Origin: Chiloscyllium plagiosum
Taxonomy: Eukaryota
DNA: 64,000 nucleotides
Direction of reading: 5' to 3'
Assembly (NCBI RefSeq): GCF_004010195.1
Contig: NC_057720.1
Coordinates: forward strand, 10,175,165 to 10,239,164
Every line of letters begins with the position of its first letter. The first letter of the stretch is position 1. Positions 1-12,290 of this stretch are shown in pieces. Made by a program: the position numbers and the translations under genes. The notes beneath the pieces are model-generated. The model was given only the letters and a program-made list of their open reading frames with translations. It did no database searches and was not told where the DNA came from.

Positions 1-500
1 TCTCTCTCCTGCACTGTCCTCACCATGTGCTTCCTTTGTCTGCTCTTCTTCCTTTGAGAACTGCTGTTTGTTTTGACTTTTTTTTCCAAATTTCCAAAAC
101 AACACATCATATAAATCAGTAATTGCTGATCCTGGAATTTGAGGAAATCACCTCCAACACCTAAAATACCTCAAAAAAAAAGGAGCAGCTCTTACAGCCA
201 GAAATGTTTCCCGTCCTCCATCTTGGGTTACCCAGAATACTTCCTTAGGAAGTTCATTCCACAAGCGAATCACACTCTGTGTAAAACATTTGTTTCTCAC
301 GTCTTATTAAAATCTCTCCTCTCACCTTAAAAATGTGTCCTCTGGTCTTGAATTCCCCCATGCTTGGGAAAAGACCCCACCATTAACCCTATCTCCACCC
401 TTCCTGATTTTATAAACTTCTTTGAGGTCACCTCACAAACCCTTATGCTCCAGTGATAGAGGCCCCAGCCTACCCAGCCTTTCTTTATAATTCAAACCTC
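1..500 (-). mobile_element. CR1 LINE fragments (5'-end-like piece 1-235, 3' piece 236-500)
   Basis: 236-500 matches the CR1 3' region repeated elsewhere in the window (e.g. 62000-62260). Confidence 0.6.
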
Positions 501-725
501 ATTTGAAATGGGTGCCTGGCATAGTTGCAAGATTTATGATGCTCCAAATAATTTCAAATGAAAGTATCATACGTTAGATTTCAAATCTATTTTTTCTTTT
601 CACATTTTATGTTCAGGAATATAAAATTTAGGAAAGGTTACCATGTCCCCAACAACCTCAGAAATATTTGGAGAATCTCAGCACATTTGGCAGCATCTGT
701 GGAAAGAAGGCAGAGTTAAAGCTTC

Positions 726-2040
726 GAGAGTCGAAGAGTGTGGTGCTGGAAAAGCACAGCCAGTCAGGCAGCATATGAGGAGCAGGAGAATCGATGTTTC
801 GAGCATAAGCTCTTCATCAGGAATGAGGGGGTAGCCCAAGGGGTCTGAGAGATAAATGGGAGGGGGATGGGGCTGGGAAAAAGGTAGCTGGGAAGGCAAT
901 AGGTAGATGAAGGTGGAGGAGACTGTGATAGGTCGGAGAAGAGGGTGGAGCGAATAGATGGGAAGGAAGATGGACAGGTAGGACAGTTCAAGAGGGCAGT
1001 GTCGTGCTGGAAAATTGGATCTGGGATAAGGTGGAGGGACGTTAAATGAGGAAACTGGTGAAATCCACATTGATCCCATGTAGCTGGAGGGTCCCAAGGC
1101 GGAAGATGAGGCATTCTTCCTCCAGGCATCAGATAGTAAGGGTTTGGCGATGGTGGAGGCCCAGGTTGGGTTGATTGGTGCAGGTGTCCCAGAGACGTTC
1201 TCTAAAATGTTCTGCAAGTAGGTGTCCTGTCTCCCCAATGTAGAAAGAGACCACATTGGGAGCAATGGATACAGTAGATGACGTGTGTGGAAGTGCAGGG
1301 AAATCTCTCACGGATGTGGAAGGATCCTTCGGAGCCTTGGACAGATGTAAAGGGGGAGGTGTGGGCACACATTTTGCAATTCCTACAGTGGCAGGGGAAA
1401 GTGCTGGGACAGGAGGGTGGGTTGATGGGGAGGGCCTGGACCTGACAAGGAAGTCGTGGAGGGAATGGTCTTTAGGGAGAGCGGATAGGGGTGGGGATGG
1501 AAATATATCTCTGTTGGTGGGGTAAGTTTGTATGTGGCGAAAATGCCAGAGGATGATGCGATGTAGCCAGAGGTTGGTGGGGTGGAAGGTGAGGACCGGG
1601 TGGGTTCTGTCCTTCTTGCAGTTCGACGGGTGGGGGTTGATGATGGAGGTGCGAGAAGTGAATGAGATGCACTGGAGGGCAATACCAACCATGTGGGAGG
1701 GGAAATTGCTATCTTTGAAGAATGACACCATCTTCTATGTGTTGTGGTGGAATTCATCCTCATAGGAGCAGATGCGGCAGATGTAGAGGAATTGGGAATG
1801 GGGGCTGGAATTTTTGCAGGAGACAGGGTGGGAGGAGGTGTGGTCCAGGCAGCTGTGGGAGTTGATGGGTTTGTAGTATATGTTCGTGTCGAGTGGCTCA
1901 CCGATAATAGAGATGGAGAGGCCCTGGAAGGGGACCTCCGCCATTATCCCCTCTATTTCCGCAACAGACAAACAGACCCCACCAACAGGGATACATTTCC
2001 CGCCCCACCGCTATCAACGTTCCCTAAAGACCATTTCAGC
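726..2040 (-). mobile_element. Penelope-like element (RT C-terminus + GIY-YIG remnant, terminal repeat with hammerhead motif, short inverted piece at 1931-2040)
   Basis: Minus-strand peptides DTNIYYKPINSHSCLDHTSSHP and FYIGETGHLLAEHFRERL; CTGATGA..GAAA motif at ~790-820. Confidence 0.85.
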
Positions 2041-2044
2041 AACT

Positions 2045-2850
2045 CCAGACTTGGGTTGAGAAGTGGCAAGTAACATTCATGTCACACAAATGCCAGGCTT
2101 TCACCATCACCAATAAGAGACATTCTAATTACTGCCCCATGGCATTCAATAGTGTTACAATCACTGAATCCTCCATTATCAACACTCTGGGGATTACCAT
2201 TGACCGGAAACTCAACTGGACTCATCAAATGAAGATAGTGACTATACAATCAGGTCAGAAGCTTAGGAATACTACAGTGAGTAAGTCACCTACTAACACC
2301 CCAAAGCCTGTCCATTATCGACCAGGCACAAGTCAGTGGTATGATGGAATATTCCCCACTTATCTGGTTGAGTCCACCTCCAACAACACTCAAGTAGCTT
2401 GACACTATGCAGGACAAAACAGCCCACTAAATTGGCACCACATCCACAAGCGTCAACTCCCTCTACCACCGATGCTAAACAGCAGCAGTGTGTACTATCT
2501 ACACGGTGCTGTGAAGAATTCCCCCAAGATCCTCAGACAGCACCCTCCAAACTCAAAACCACTGCCAATCAGAAGGACAAGGACAGCAGATACATGAATA
2601 CACCATTACCTTCAAGTTCCCCTCCAAACTACTCACCATCCTGTCTTGGAAATATATTGTCATTTGTTCACTGTTGCTTGGTCAAAATCCTGGAATTCCC
2701 TCCCTAAAGGCATTGTAGGTCAACCCATTGCAGGTGGACTGCAGCAGTGCAAGAAGGCAGCTCACCACCGCCTTCTCAAGGACCACCAGGGACTGGCAAT
2801 AAATGCCGGCCCAGCCAGGGACACCCACATCCCTCAAATGTATAAAGACA
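2045..2850 (+). mobile_element. LINE 3' fragment (CR1/L2-group RT C-terminus)
   Basis: KWQVTF..KCQ and LGITIDRKLNWT motifs; a related copy lies at 12460-12980. Confidence 0.7.
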
Positions 2851-2989
2851 CTCAGAAAGCAGGAAGCTGTATGTTAGGGTAACGTACTGTCATTGGGACA
2901 ATGTTAAACTCAATTGTTATAGACATTATAACTGGGCAAATAGAGAAATTCAAGGCAGATACAACATGCTTTTGTAAAAAAAAAATCAC

Positions 2990-5900
2990 ATGTAACCAAT
3001 TTATTGGTGTTCTTGTTAAATGGATGCAATGTAGACTTTCAGAAACCATTTCATCAATGGTTACTGCAGAAAACAAACGCTTATGGTGTAAGGGGTAACA
3101 TCTTGGTATTGAATAGGAGGAAGGAGAGTACACATGTGGGTCATTTTCTGGTTGACTGGGTGCCATAGTGTGCCACAGGGATCAGCACTGGGTCCTCAAC
3201 ACTTTACAATTGAAATAAATGATTAAGATGAAGGGATCTGAAGTAATGGTGAAGGGTTTCAGCCCGAAACATTGACTTTCCTGCTCCTTGGATGCTGTCT
3301 GACCTGCTGTACTCTTCCAGCTCCACATCTATTGGACCTGAAGTAATGGTTGATCAACTTGCTCACAACAGAAAAGTAGATAGGAAAGTAAGTGAAGAGG
3401 ATACAAGGAGACTACAAAATGATATAGGTATGCTAGATGAGTGGGCATAGACCTGGCAAATGGAATGCAATGTGGAAAAATATGAAATGGTTAACTTTTG
3501 CAGGAAAACTAAAACATCTAAATGGTGACAGGTTGCAAAGGAGACTGGATATCCAACTGTATGAATCACAACAGGTTAGTTTGCAGGTACAACAAGTAAT
3601 TAAGAAAGCAAATAATATTGCCATTTATTGTGAGGGGAAATGAATACAACAGTAGGGAGATTATGCTTCACTTATACAGGGCATTAATGAGACAACACCT
3701 GGAGTACTGTATACTGTATTGGTCTCCAAATTTACAGAAAGATGTAAAAATGTTGGAGGATATTCAAAGAAGATTTACAGAATGAATACTAGGGAGTCCG
3801 AGTTCAGGATTCTCTTAGAGTCAACATGCAGGTTCAGGGAAGGCAAATGCAATAGTAACATTCATTTTGAGAGGGCTTGAACACAACTGAATGATGTACT
3901 GCTGAGTCTGTACAAGGCTCTGACCAGACCACATTTGGAATATTGTGAGCAGTTTTTGGCTGTGTGCCTTAGGAAATATGTACTGTCCTTGAAGAGTGTC
4001 CAGTGGAGGTTCACAAGAATGATCCTGGGGATGAAGGGCTTGTCATATGAGGAGCGGTTGAAGACTCTGGGTCTGTACTCGATGGAGTTTAGAAGGATGA
4101 GGGGAGATCTGATTGAAACTTACAGCATATCAAAATTAGGCAGGAGCTGTGAAATGTGGATTGGATACAGCTATTTGAAGCAAGTCCACATTTGATATGT
4201 GGGAGGCTTTCAAAGATAGGTCAAAGATAGTGCAGGATAGGCATGTCTCATTGAAAGCAAAGGATAGGAAAGGCAAGGTTTGTGAACTGTGGATGACAGG
4301 AGAAATCGTACAACTAGCCAAGAGAAAAAGGGAAGCGTATATAAGATCCAGGCAGCTAAGAACAGAACGGGCCCTGGAGGAATATCGGGAGAGTAGGACC
4401 AGTCTTAAACAAGGAATCAAGCGGCTAAAAGGGGTCATGAAATTGATTTAGTGAGCAGAATTAAAGAGAATCCCAAAGCCTTTTATTCTTATCTAAGAAC
4501 CAAGCGGGTAACTAGAGAAGGGATTGGTCCACTGAAGGATAATGAAGGAAGACTGTGAGTCGAACCTGAGAGAATGGGTGAGATTCTGAATGATTGTTTT
4601 GCATCACTGTTCACTGAGGAGAGGGGCATGATGAATGTTGAGATTAGAGATAAATGTTTTATTACTCTGGATCACGTTGACATAAATAGGGAAGATGTGT
4701 TGGGTAGGCTAGAGGTTATTAAGGTAGACAAATCCCCAGGACCTGATGGGATTTATCCCAAGTTGCTGAGGGAGGCGAAAAAGGAAGTAGCTGGGGCCCT
4801 AACAGATATCTTTGTGGCATTCTTAATCACAAGTGAGGTGCCGGAGGACTGGAGGGTTGCTCATGTTGTTCCCCCTGTACAAAAAGGGTAGCAGGGATAT
4901 TCCAGGTAACTACAGACCAGTGATCCTGACTTCAGTGGTGGGAAAGTTGCTGGACAAGGTACTGAGGGATAAAATCTATTTACATTTGGAAAAGAATGGG
5001 CTTATCACTGTTTCGGGCAGGGGAGATCATGCCTTACCAACTTAATAGAGTTCTTTGAGGAAGTGACCAAGTTGATAGATGAAGGAAGGGCTGTTGATGT
5101 CAGATACTTTAGTAAGGCATTTGATAAAGTTCCCCATGGTAAACTCATGAAGAAAGTGAAATCACATGGTGTGCAGGGTGTTCTAGCTAGGTGGATAAAG
5201 AACTGGTTGAGCAACAGGAGACATAGAGTAGTAGTTGAAGGGAGTTTCTTGAAATGGAGAAAGGTGACCAGTGGTGTTCCACAGGGATCAGTGCTGGGGT
5301 CACTATTATTTGTGATACACATAAATGATCTAGAAGAGGGCACTGTTGGTATGATCAGCAGGTTTGCAGATGACACGAAGATTGGTGGAATAGCAGAAAG
5401 CATAGGGGACTGTCAAAGAATACAGGAGAATATAGATAGACTGGAGACCTGGGCAGAAACATGGCAAATGGAGTTCAATCCAAGCAAATGAGAGATGCCG
5501 CATTTTGGAAAGTCTAATTCTTGAGTGAATTATACAGTAAATGGAAGAACCTTGGGAAAAGTTGATGAGGAGAGAGATCTGGGAGTTCAGGTCCATTGTA
5601 CCCTGAAGGTTGCTGCACAGGTGGATAGAGTGGTCAAGAAGGCATTTGGTATGCTGGTATTCATCAGATGGGGTATTGAGTATAAGAGCTAGCAGGTCAT
5701 GTTAAAATTGTACAAGACTTTGGTTCGGCTGCATTTAGAATACTATGTACAGTTATGGTCACCACATTACCAAAGGATGTGGACACTTTGGAGAGAGTGC
5801 AGAGAAGGTTCACGAGGATGCTGCCTGGTATGGAAGGTGCTAGCTATGAAGAGAGGTTGAGTAGGTTAGGATTGTTCTCATTAGAAAAAAGGAGATTGAG

Positions 5901-6950
5901 GGGGACCTGATTGAAGTCTACAAAATTATGAAGGGTATAGACAGGGTAGATAGAGATAAGCTTTCTCCCAGGGTGAAGGATTCAATAACGAGAGGTCATG
6001 CTTTCAAGGTGAGAGGTGAAAAGTTTAAGGGGGATACACGTGGTGAGTAGTTTACACAGAGGATGGTAGGTGACTGGAACGCGTTGCCAGCAGAGGTAGT
6101 TGCCAGGCATGGTAGATTCATTTAAGATGCATCTGGACAGATGCATGAGTAGGTGGGGAGCAGAGGCATATAGATGCTTAGGAATTGGGCTATAGGTTTA
6201 GACAATGGATTTGGATCGGTTCAGGCTTGGAGGGCTGAAGGGCCTGTTCCAGGGCTGTAAATTTTGTTTTCTTTTCTATATGAGAGGCCTGGATAGTGTG
6301 GTCATGGAGAAGATGTTTCCATTAGTAGGAGAGACCAGGAAGCGAGGGACAGCCTCAGAGTAAGGAACAATCCTTTACAACTGAGATGAGGAGAAATGTC
6401 TTCAGTCCAAGGGCGGTGAATCTGTGGAACTTATTGCTGCAGAAGGCTGTGGAGGCCATGTCATTGAGTGTATTTGGCTTAAATACCTATCAGAGATAGT
6501 CAAGATTTGGAGATGCCGGTGTTGGACTGGGGTGTACAAAGTTAAAAATCACACAACACCAGGTTCTGTGTTGTGTGTTGTGTGACTTTTAACTTTTATC
6601 AGAGATAGGTTCTTGACTGGGAAGGAAATTAGGGGTTATGGAGAGAAGGCAGGAGGCAGGAGAATAATGGGGTTGTGAAATATATCAGCTATTATCGATT
6701 AGAGGAGCTAACTCAATGGGCTGAATAGCCTAACTCTAGCCATTTATCTTATGATCTGAAAGGTAGTAGAGACAGAATCTCTGAGTATTTTTAAGGCAGA
6801 GGTGGATAGATTCTTGACAAGCAATGGGGTGAAATGTCACTGAGGTAGGCAGCAATGTGTAATTGAAGATAAAATCAGATTATCCATTATCTAAATGAAT
6901 GGCAGGGCTGGCCCAAACAGCCAACACCTTCTTCCAGTTTGTATGTACAC
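2990..6950 (+). mobile_element. Nested CR1 LINE cluster; youngest copy ~4140-6280 covers pre-RT, RT and 3' tail
   Basis: [56 protein letters not shown], with frameshifts. Confidence 0.92.
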
Positions 6951-7467
6951 TTTTGTCCATCTCTAAGTTTCCTTGAACTGCTGAACTTGTGCGGCATAGC
7001 AGGGAGCACTAATGCTTGGTATCACTGGTATAAAAGCAATAATCAGTCATATTGGAGTTCTGGGGAAGCCAACGTTGAAATGAGCCTGGGGCTTTAGTAT
7101 AACTTTACTTTGCTGTTGGCTGGGTAGCTCAGAAAAACAGGGCAGTAACCACATAACACACAACTCCCTTTAGGTGGGTGTATGCTCCAAACCAGCTGTT
7201 AGACTGATGAAAACCCTCCCACAGAAGTTGTGGTTCTGATCATATGTTTTCAGCTGGAAGGGAGGGTGAAAGGAGGCACTGCTTTCCAGTAAGTCAGGAC
7301 ATATTCAAAACAAAACAAGTTGGCTCCATTTCACTGCCTAAAGTCACAGCTCCTCATAACTTGTCCTTTTGACATCTTGAAATATTTGTTGAGGTTAAAT
7401 GCAAAGTGAGGTGGTTAAACTTCACTAAATAAATAAGACCACCACATTCTGTGCCTTTAGTGAGTTG

Positions 7468-8081
7468 TGTTAAGTTCTTTTCCCGAGTTTTCACACACGA
7501 GATGCAATTCGCACACACCAACCTTTGCAAACAGTTAAGGTTTATTAAAGCATGTACAAGCTAGGTGACCACCCCCGCCCTTTGACCCTTTTCGCAGGCA
7601 GGTAAGGTCAAGTCAAAGTGAGGCCCTGAACAAAGAAAACACATCCCCTTTATACAGGTCAGTTGGTCATGCTCGTCAATACTCTGGCCACTCCTCCACA
7701 GCCACATGCCACTCAAGACAACCCCCAGTCACATGTTTCTCCAGGCACAATGGTAGGATGAGATCATTCTCAGAGATAATGCAAATGTTAATGCCCTAAT
7801 TCTGGGGAATCATTACGCAGATGATTCCCTGACTTAGGGATTCCCCAAGATAATGCAGGTGTGACATACTTGCTGCAGGGTATGGCCAGGAAGCATTTCT
7901 GAATGGAAGAGATTGAACGATAGTTTAATTTGATAATAGTAAGGGGGAATAGTTGCAAATGACTGCCTAATGGGAGTGTGAGTCATTCGCATTCCTTCAT
8001 GGCTGTCTCCACACGCAAAGACAGTGCAGTTTAACCCTTTAATATCACAGAGATAGTACAATTTAACCTTTTAACATTACA
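7468..8081 (-). repeat. 3' LTR of ERV-A
   Basis: Minus strand TGTAATG...TTAACA; TATAAA (~7648-7653) and AATAAA (~7541-7546); immediately preceded by the PPT. Confidence 0.9.
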
Positions 8082-8094
8082 TTTCTCCCTTTTA
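8082..8094 (-). promoter_or_regulatory. Polypurine tract of ERV-A
   Basis: AAAAGGGAGAAA directly before the TG of the 3' LTR. Confidence 0.8.
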
Positions 8095-8245
8095 ACATTC
8101 TATAATAATCACCAAGATGATACTACCAGCTTTCATAAGACTCTGACAGCCAATATTTAAGCAAGTTATTGACACACAACATGCAATGATTATTACACCA
8201 AAAATTAATAACCCATTCAGTAGATAGAATTTCTAGGATCCTCCC
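8095..8245 (-). pseudogene. env: env transmembrane/cytoplasmic-tail remnant of ERV-A
   Basis: Translates GGS*KFYLLNGLLIFGVIIIACCVSITCLNIGCQSLMKAG: hydrophobic span with a CC pair just before the PPT, the usual env TM position. Confidence 0.6.
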
Positions 8246-8443
8246 ACATGGGAAAACGTTCACCAGTAAAGTTCTTAAATCCACAGTCCTTCATGACCAC
8301 TCTATCCCCTCCAAGTCAAGTGGAAATGAGCCAGTTCTCCAAAATTTCTTTTAGTAAAGTTCAACCTGAAAACAAAAGCCAGTCTATCTTTGCACACCAC
8401 TCCAGGGAGAAATCTGAATTCTTGGATAAAGGCAGTTAAATAC

Positions 8444-8774
8444 TTAACAAAACTGATGAGACTTCCATCCTTCTGGAGATGATTCAGATGGAGGTTACCA
8501 GCCCATCTGAGTGTGAGGTGCAGCAGTTGCAAATGTAGCAGTAGGCTAGGTGAATGCAGCTTTTTTTTGCTGCTTCTGCTCCTGCTCTGCTGTCAAATGT
8601 AACAAAGCCAACTAGCTATTGCGATGTAAGCTTGATCAGTGAACCTTCATATCCCTTAAATGATCAAAAGACAAGGTATAGCCCAAGTGGTTTAATGTCT
8701 GTAGGAAGGCCACTGACAAAAAGCATACTGACATTCTCTTCACTTTTGTTAGCTTCTTCACTTCTTGTGCTCAT
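8444..8774 (-). pseudogene. RBPMS2: Processed, internally deleted RBPMS2 (Hermes; RRM RNA-binding protein) copy inside ERV-A
   Basis: MSTRSEEANKSEENVSMLFVSGLPTDIKPLGLYLVF*SFKGYEGSLIKLTSQ*LVGFVTFDSRAGAEAAKK // AAFT*PTATFATAAPHTQMGW*PPSESSPEGWKSHQFC*. Matches the RBPMS-family N-terminal RRM and C-terminus; DSRAGAEAAK and AAFTYPTAT favour RBPMS2 over RBPMS. No introns; 4 in-frame stops. Confidence 0.92.
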
Positions 8775-8789
8775 GTTTGGGGAGCTGAT

Positions 8790-8912
8790 TGAATCCATTC
8801 GATCAGGTTGTGGAGGGGTGGGTGGTGGTCCAAAGGCATGCTTTACCTGTGAATGGAGAAACTCTAGAGATGATGTTAGCTGCTGAAAGTACCTTTGCAT
8901 TTCCTGTATCAT
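8790..8912 (-). pseudogene. pol: Retroviral integrase C-terminal remnant containing an env-type splice acceptor
   Basis: MQRYFQQLTSSLEFLHSQVKHAFGPPP resembles the Y..QL...L..LH.QV helix at the end of class I ERV integrase; CTAAC branch point plus TTTCTCCATTCACAG|G. Confidence 0.55.
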
Positions 8913-10771
8913 TCCTTCCTTTCAAAAGGTGGTTATCAGTATGAAAATAGTCACACATTTCACGGCACTAAAGTGTGTCTGCGTATTTCAACATTCGGTC
9001 ATCTTGAAGTCTGTTACTCTGTTCACTCTTTATGACATTATCACATTTTATAAAATTAATAAACTTCTAAATTGTACTGCCTAAACAATTCAGAGCTGAA
9101 AATGTGTTGCTGGAAAAGCGCAGCAGGTCAGGTCGCATCCAAGGAGCAGGAAAATCGATGTTTCGGACATGAACCCTTCTTCAGGAATTGTTTTTGCCTA
9201 AACAATTCAGTCAATTATAAACAACAATCAATGGTCCTAAAATCAAATCCTTGGGAACCTCATTCAGGTTATTCAAAAATTCTTTTCCTTTAACAAATTA
9301 ATACTTGGCAAATGTGAAAGCTATTAGAAAAATATTTCAAAAATCTGGAACAGGAGGATAACAACAAAAATGCTTCCTGTGCTTTAGCCATTGAAGAGGC
9401 AGCTTCAGTTCAGATTTACACCTCAAATATTCATGGGAAACAAATGAAAAACATTAAAATATGTTCTCTAAATGAAACTTCCCAAATAAAATAGTCAGAA
9501 TTACACTGGCAACTTTGGTAGAGATCAAGATTCTTTGAATCTGTAATATGAAGGGTACCAATGAAGTCTTAACAATAATTGAAAGAATTTAATCAGCTCA
9601 GCCTCAAGTTCTCATATTCTCTAAAATCTTAAGAACACATCAAGCTTGAAATGCACTTATCTTTTTGTGAACATTCTGCATTTAAAAAAAAGCAGCAGCA
9701 AAGATATTTTAACACAGTACTCTCATCTGGCTAAAGCTTAACCACTGACACAATTGTTTTTTGAAGCAGGCATGGTAGAATTTCAAACAAATCAGGGACT
9801 CAAAGCACTCAATCAATTTGTTTTAAGGTTATTCTTGTGATTATTTTGAAAAGAATATAATGTTGAACAATTTCAATGTAAAACCAAAATCTGACCTATT
9901 ACATAGCCTACAAAACACAGTGAATTGAGACCCTAATTCAAATAAGGCAAAACAGTTACTTAAAAGGATTTTCTGACCCAGTATTTTAACAAACCAAAAT
10001 ATTGAAATATCAAACACTACCAGCATGGCACAATTTATATAGAAACATCTTTTTTGACCCAAGTATGAGTACAACCTTAATTTCAGCATTCCTAGTTTTT
10101 TTTTGAAGAGCCTCTGGTGAGAATTCTTCTCATTTTAATATTTGAGATCCACCTCAGTTCACCCGGTAATGATCTACGAAAAGGAAAATGAGGAGTCCAG
10201 AAGATGGAGAAGGTGGCCCAGAGTCGGACAAAAAAAATCACATCCACAGACTCCCAACCAACCACCATCGCACAGAAAAAAACAAACACTAGCAATGGTC
10301 CAAGATTCCCAAAGGTCTGTGAATCCCACAGCACCTGACATGTGCACCTCGGTGCAATACGGACCGAGGAACGTCACCCGACCACCGGACAAGGCAGCGA
10401 AGGAAAGAAAGACCAGCCATACCCTCATGACGAAATCATACCCACAAAAAGAGAAAAGCCTTGCAGTGGACCATAGGGCACCACAGTCCATACCACCTCC
10501 CCCACTTCCCGCAGAAGAAAGACTCACTGAGTCAAGCCCAGAAGCTGAGACTCCCAAGCAACAAAAATCCAGACAAAGCTTCTCCAGCAATCAATGCACT
10601 TTACTATCTGGATCTGAGTGGACCGGCTCCAATTTCTCCCCATTTCCTGATGATGCCGCATTGTCTAAAAGAACTTCTAAGGGGAGGTGACGGGGATAAA
10701 GGAAATAATTGAAAAAAGTACCAAATTCTAACTCCTTTTTTTATGTTCTGGAGTCTCAAACCTTCCCACTA

Positions 10772-10852
10772 GAGGACTCTAACCCCTTTTTACCTCGAGG
10801 ACTCTAACCCCTTTTTAATCCTGGGACTCTAATCCCGATTTAACCCTGATTT
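10772..10852. repeat. ~25-bp tandem repeat (GAGGACTCTAACCCCTTTTT..) x3 in the ERV-A leader
   Basis: Directly visible imperfect repeats. Confidence 0.75.
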
Positions 10853-10983
10853 AAAACTCAGCTTCACGCAAAGCGACTTGTTGAAGTGCAAATGTGAGAA
10901 TTATTTCAAAGATTCCGTCACAACCGAGTCCCAGGAGGGGGGGTCTACTGAGTGGTAGGTTTAGAGAGAGAAATCAAGGTGAA

Positions 10984-10993
10984 GCTTACCTTG
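10984..10993 (-). promoter_or_regulatory. Putative major splice donor of ERV-A
   Basis: CAAG|GTAAGC about 80 nt downstream of the PBS. Confidence 0.6.
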
Positions 10994-11068
10994 TGGCCCA
11001 TCCATCTCACGCAACCAGCACTCGGACGATCGCTTATCAGTCCACCTGGAAGCTCCGTGTATGTTGGA

Positions 11069-11086
11069 GTCCCACTGCTGTCACCT
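11069..11086 (-). promoter_or_regulatory. Primer-binding site of ERV-A, tRNA-Leu type
   Basis: AGGTGACAGCAGTGGGAC, 14/18 to TGGTGGCAGCGGTGGGAT (complement of the tRNA-Leu 3' end), 2 nt after the LTR. Confidence 0.7.
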
Positions 11087-11088
11087 TA

Positions 11089-11685
11089 TGTTAGGTTCTT
11101 TTCCCAAGGTTTCAGACACGAGATGCAATTCGCACACACTAACTTCTATTAAAGGCTGTAGAAGCTAGGTGACCCTCTTTGACCCACTACACAGGCGTGT
11201 GAGGTTGAATCAAAGTAAGGCCCTGAACAAAGAAATCACATACCCTTTATACCGTTTGTCATTCTCGCCAATACTCTAGCCACTCCCCCACAGTCACATG
11301 ACACTCAAGACAACCCCCAGTCACTTAAAGTCACATGTTACCCCAGGTACGATGGTAGGATGAGATAATCCTTTGGAGATAATGCAAATGCCAATGCCCT
11401 AATCCTGGTGAATAATTACGCAATTTCCTGAATCAACGATTCCCCAAGACTATGCAGGTGCAACATACCTAACTTCAGGGGATGGCCAGAAAACATTTCT
11501 GAATAGAAGAGATTGAATGATAGTTTAATTTGATAATAGGAAGGGGGAGTAGTAGCAAATGACTGTCTAATGGGAGTGGGAGTTCCTACATGACTGTCGT
11601 CCCCACCCAAGGACAGTGCAATTTAACCCTTTAATATTACATTAATGTCCACTGATACAGTACAATTTAATCTTCTAATATTAAA
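11089..11685 (-). repeat. 5' LTR of ERV-A
   Basis: Aligns over its full length to 7468-8081 (roughly 85% by eye, with indels). Confidence 0.9.
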
Positions 11686-11889
11686 TTTGACAGTCATTAC
11701 ATATGTTGATAATTTGCATTGTGCAGAGTTGCCTAATTGAATATCTGCTTTCAAGGTGAAATTAGTCATTCATCTTCCACTGCTTATTATTTCCTCTTCT
11801 ACATTTTCTGAGCATCCTATATTGGATCCAGTTAGTAACAGGCAGATAAATGCAGTAAAACAGGGTCTAATAATGTTCCTGTGAGCAAG

Positions 11890-12290
11890 GGCTAGAGAGG
11901 TTAGGACTGGAGTTTCAAAGAATGCGAAGTGATCCCATTGAAACATATGGATTCTTAATGGGCTTGGCAGAGTAAAGGCTGAGAGGGTGTTTCCTCTGAT
12001 GGGAGAGTCTAGGACCAGAGGGCACAGTCTCAGAATAAAGAGCCAATTTAAGGCTCAAGTGAGGGGGAACTTCTTTTCACAGAGGGTTGAGAGTCTTTGG
12101 AACTCCTTGGCACAGAGAACTGTGGGGGCAGCGTTTTTCTGTACATTTGAAGCTGAGAGAGATAGATTCTTGAGTTGTCAGAGAATCAATGGTTACAGTG
12201 AAAAGACAAGAAATTGGGTATGAGGAATGTCAGATCCTGTTGAATGGTGGAGCAGGCTTGAGGGGCCGAATGACCTACTCCTATTCCTTA
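11890..12290 (+). mobile_element. CR1 LINE 3' fragment
   Basis: MFPLMGESRTRGHSLRI..NFFSQRV..LWNSL. Confidence 0.85.

Larger units (their letters stand above)
7468..11685 (-). mobile_element. Non-autonomous endogenous retrovirus (ERV-A) with two LTRs, carrying a captured RBPMS2 cDNA
   Basis: Direct repeats 7468-8081 and 11089-11685; PBS and PPT in minus orientation; flanks GTTG/TTTG (imperfect 4-bp TSD). Confidence 0.9.

Noticed and set aside
7203..7242. TGATGA...CTGA as a C/D snoRNA
   Set aside because: Boxes are only ~30 nt apart with no convincing terminal stem.
10142..10690. 182-aa plus-strand ORF as a host gene
   Set aside because: Antisense to ERV-A, low complexity, no recognisable domain.
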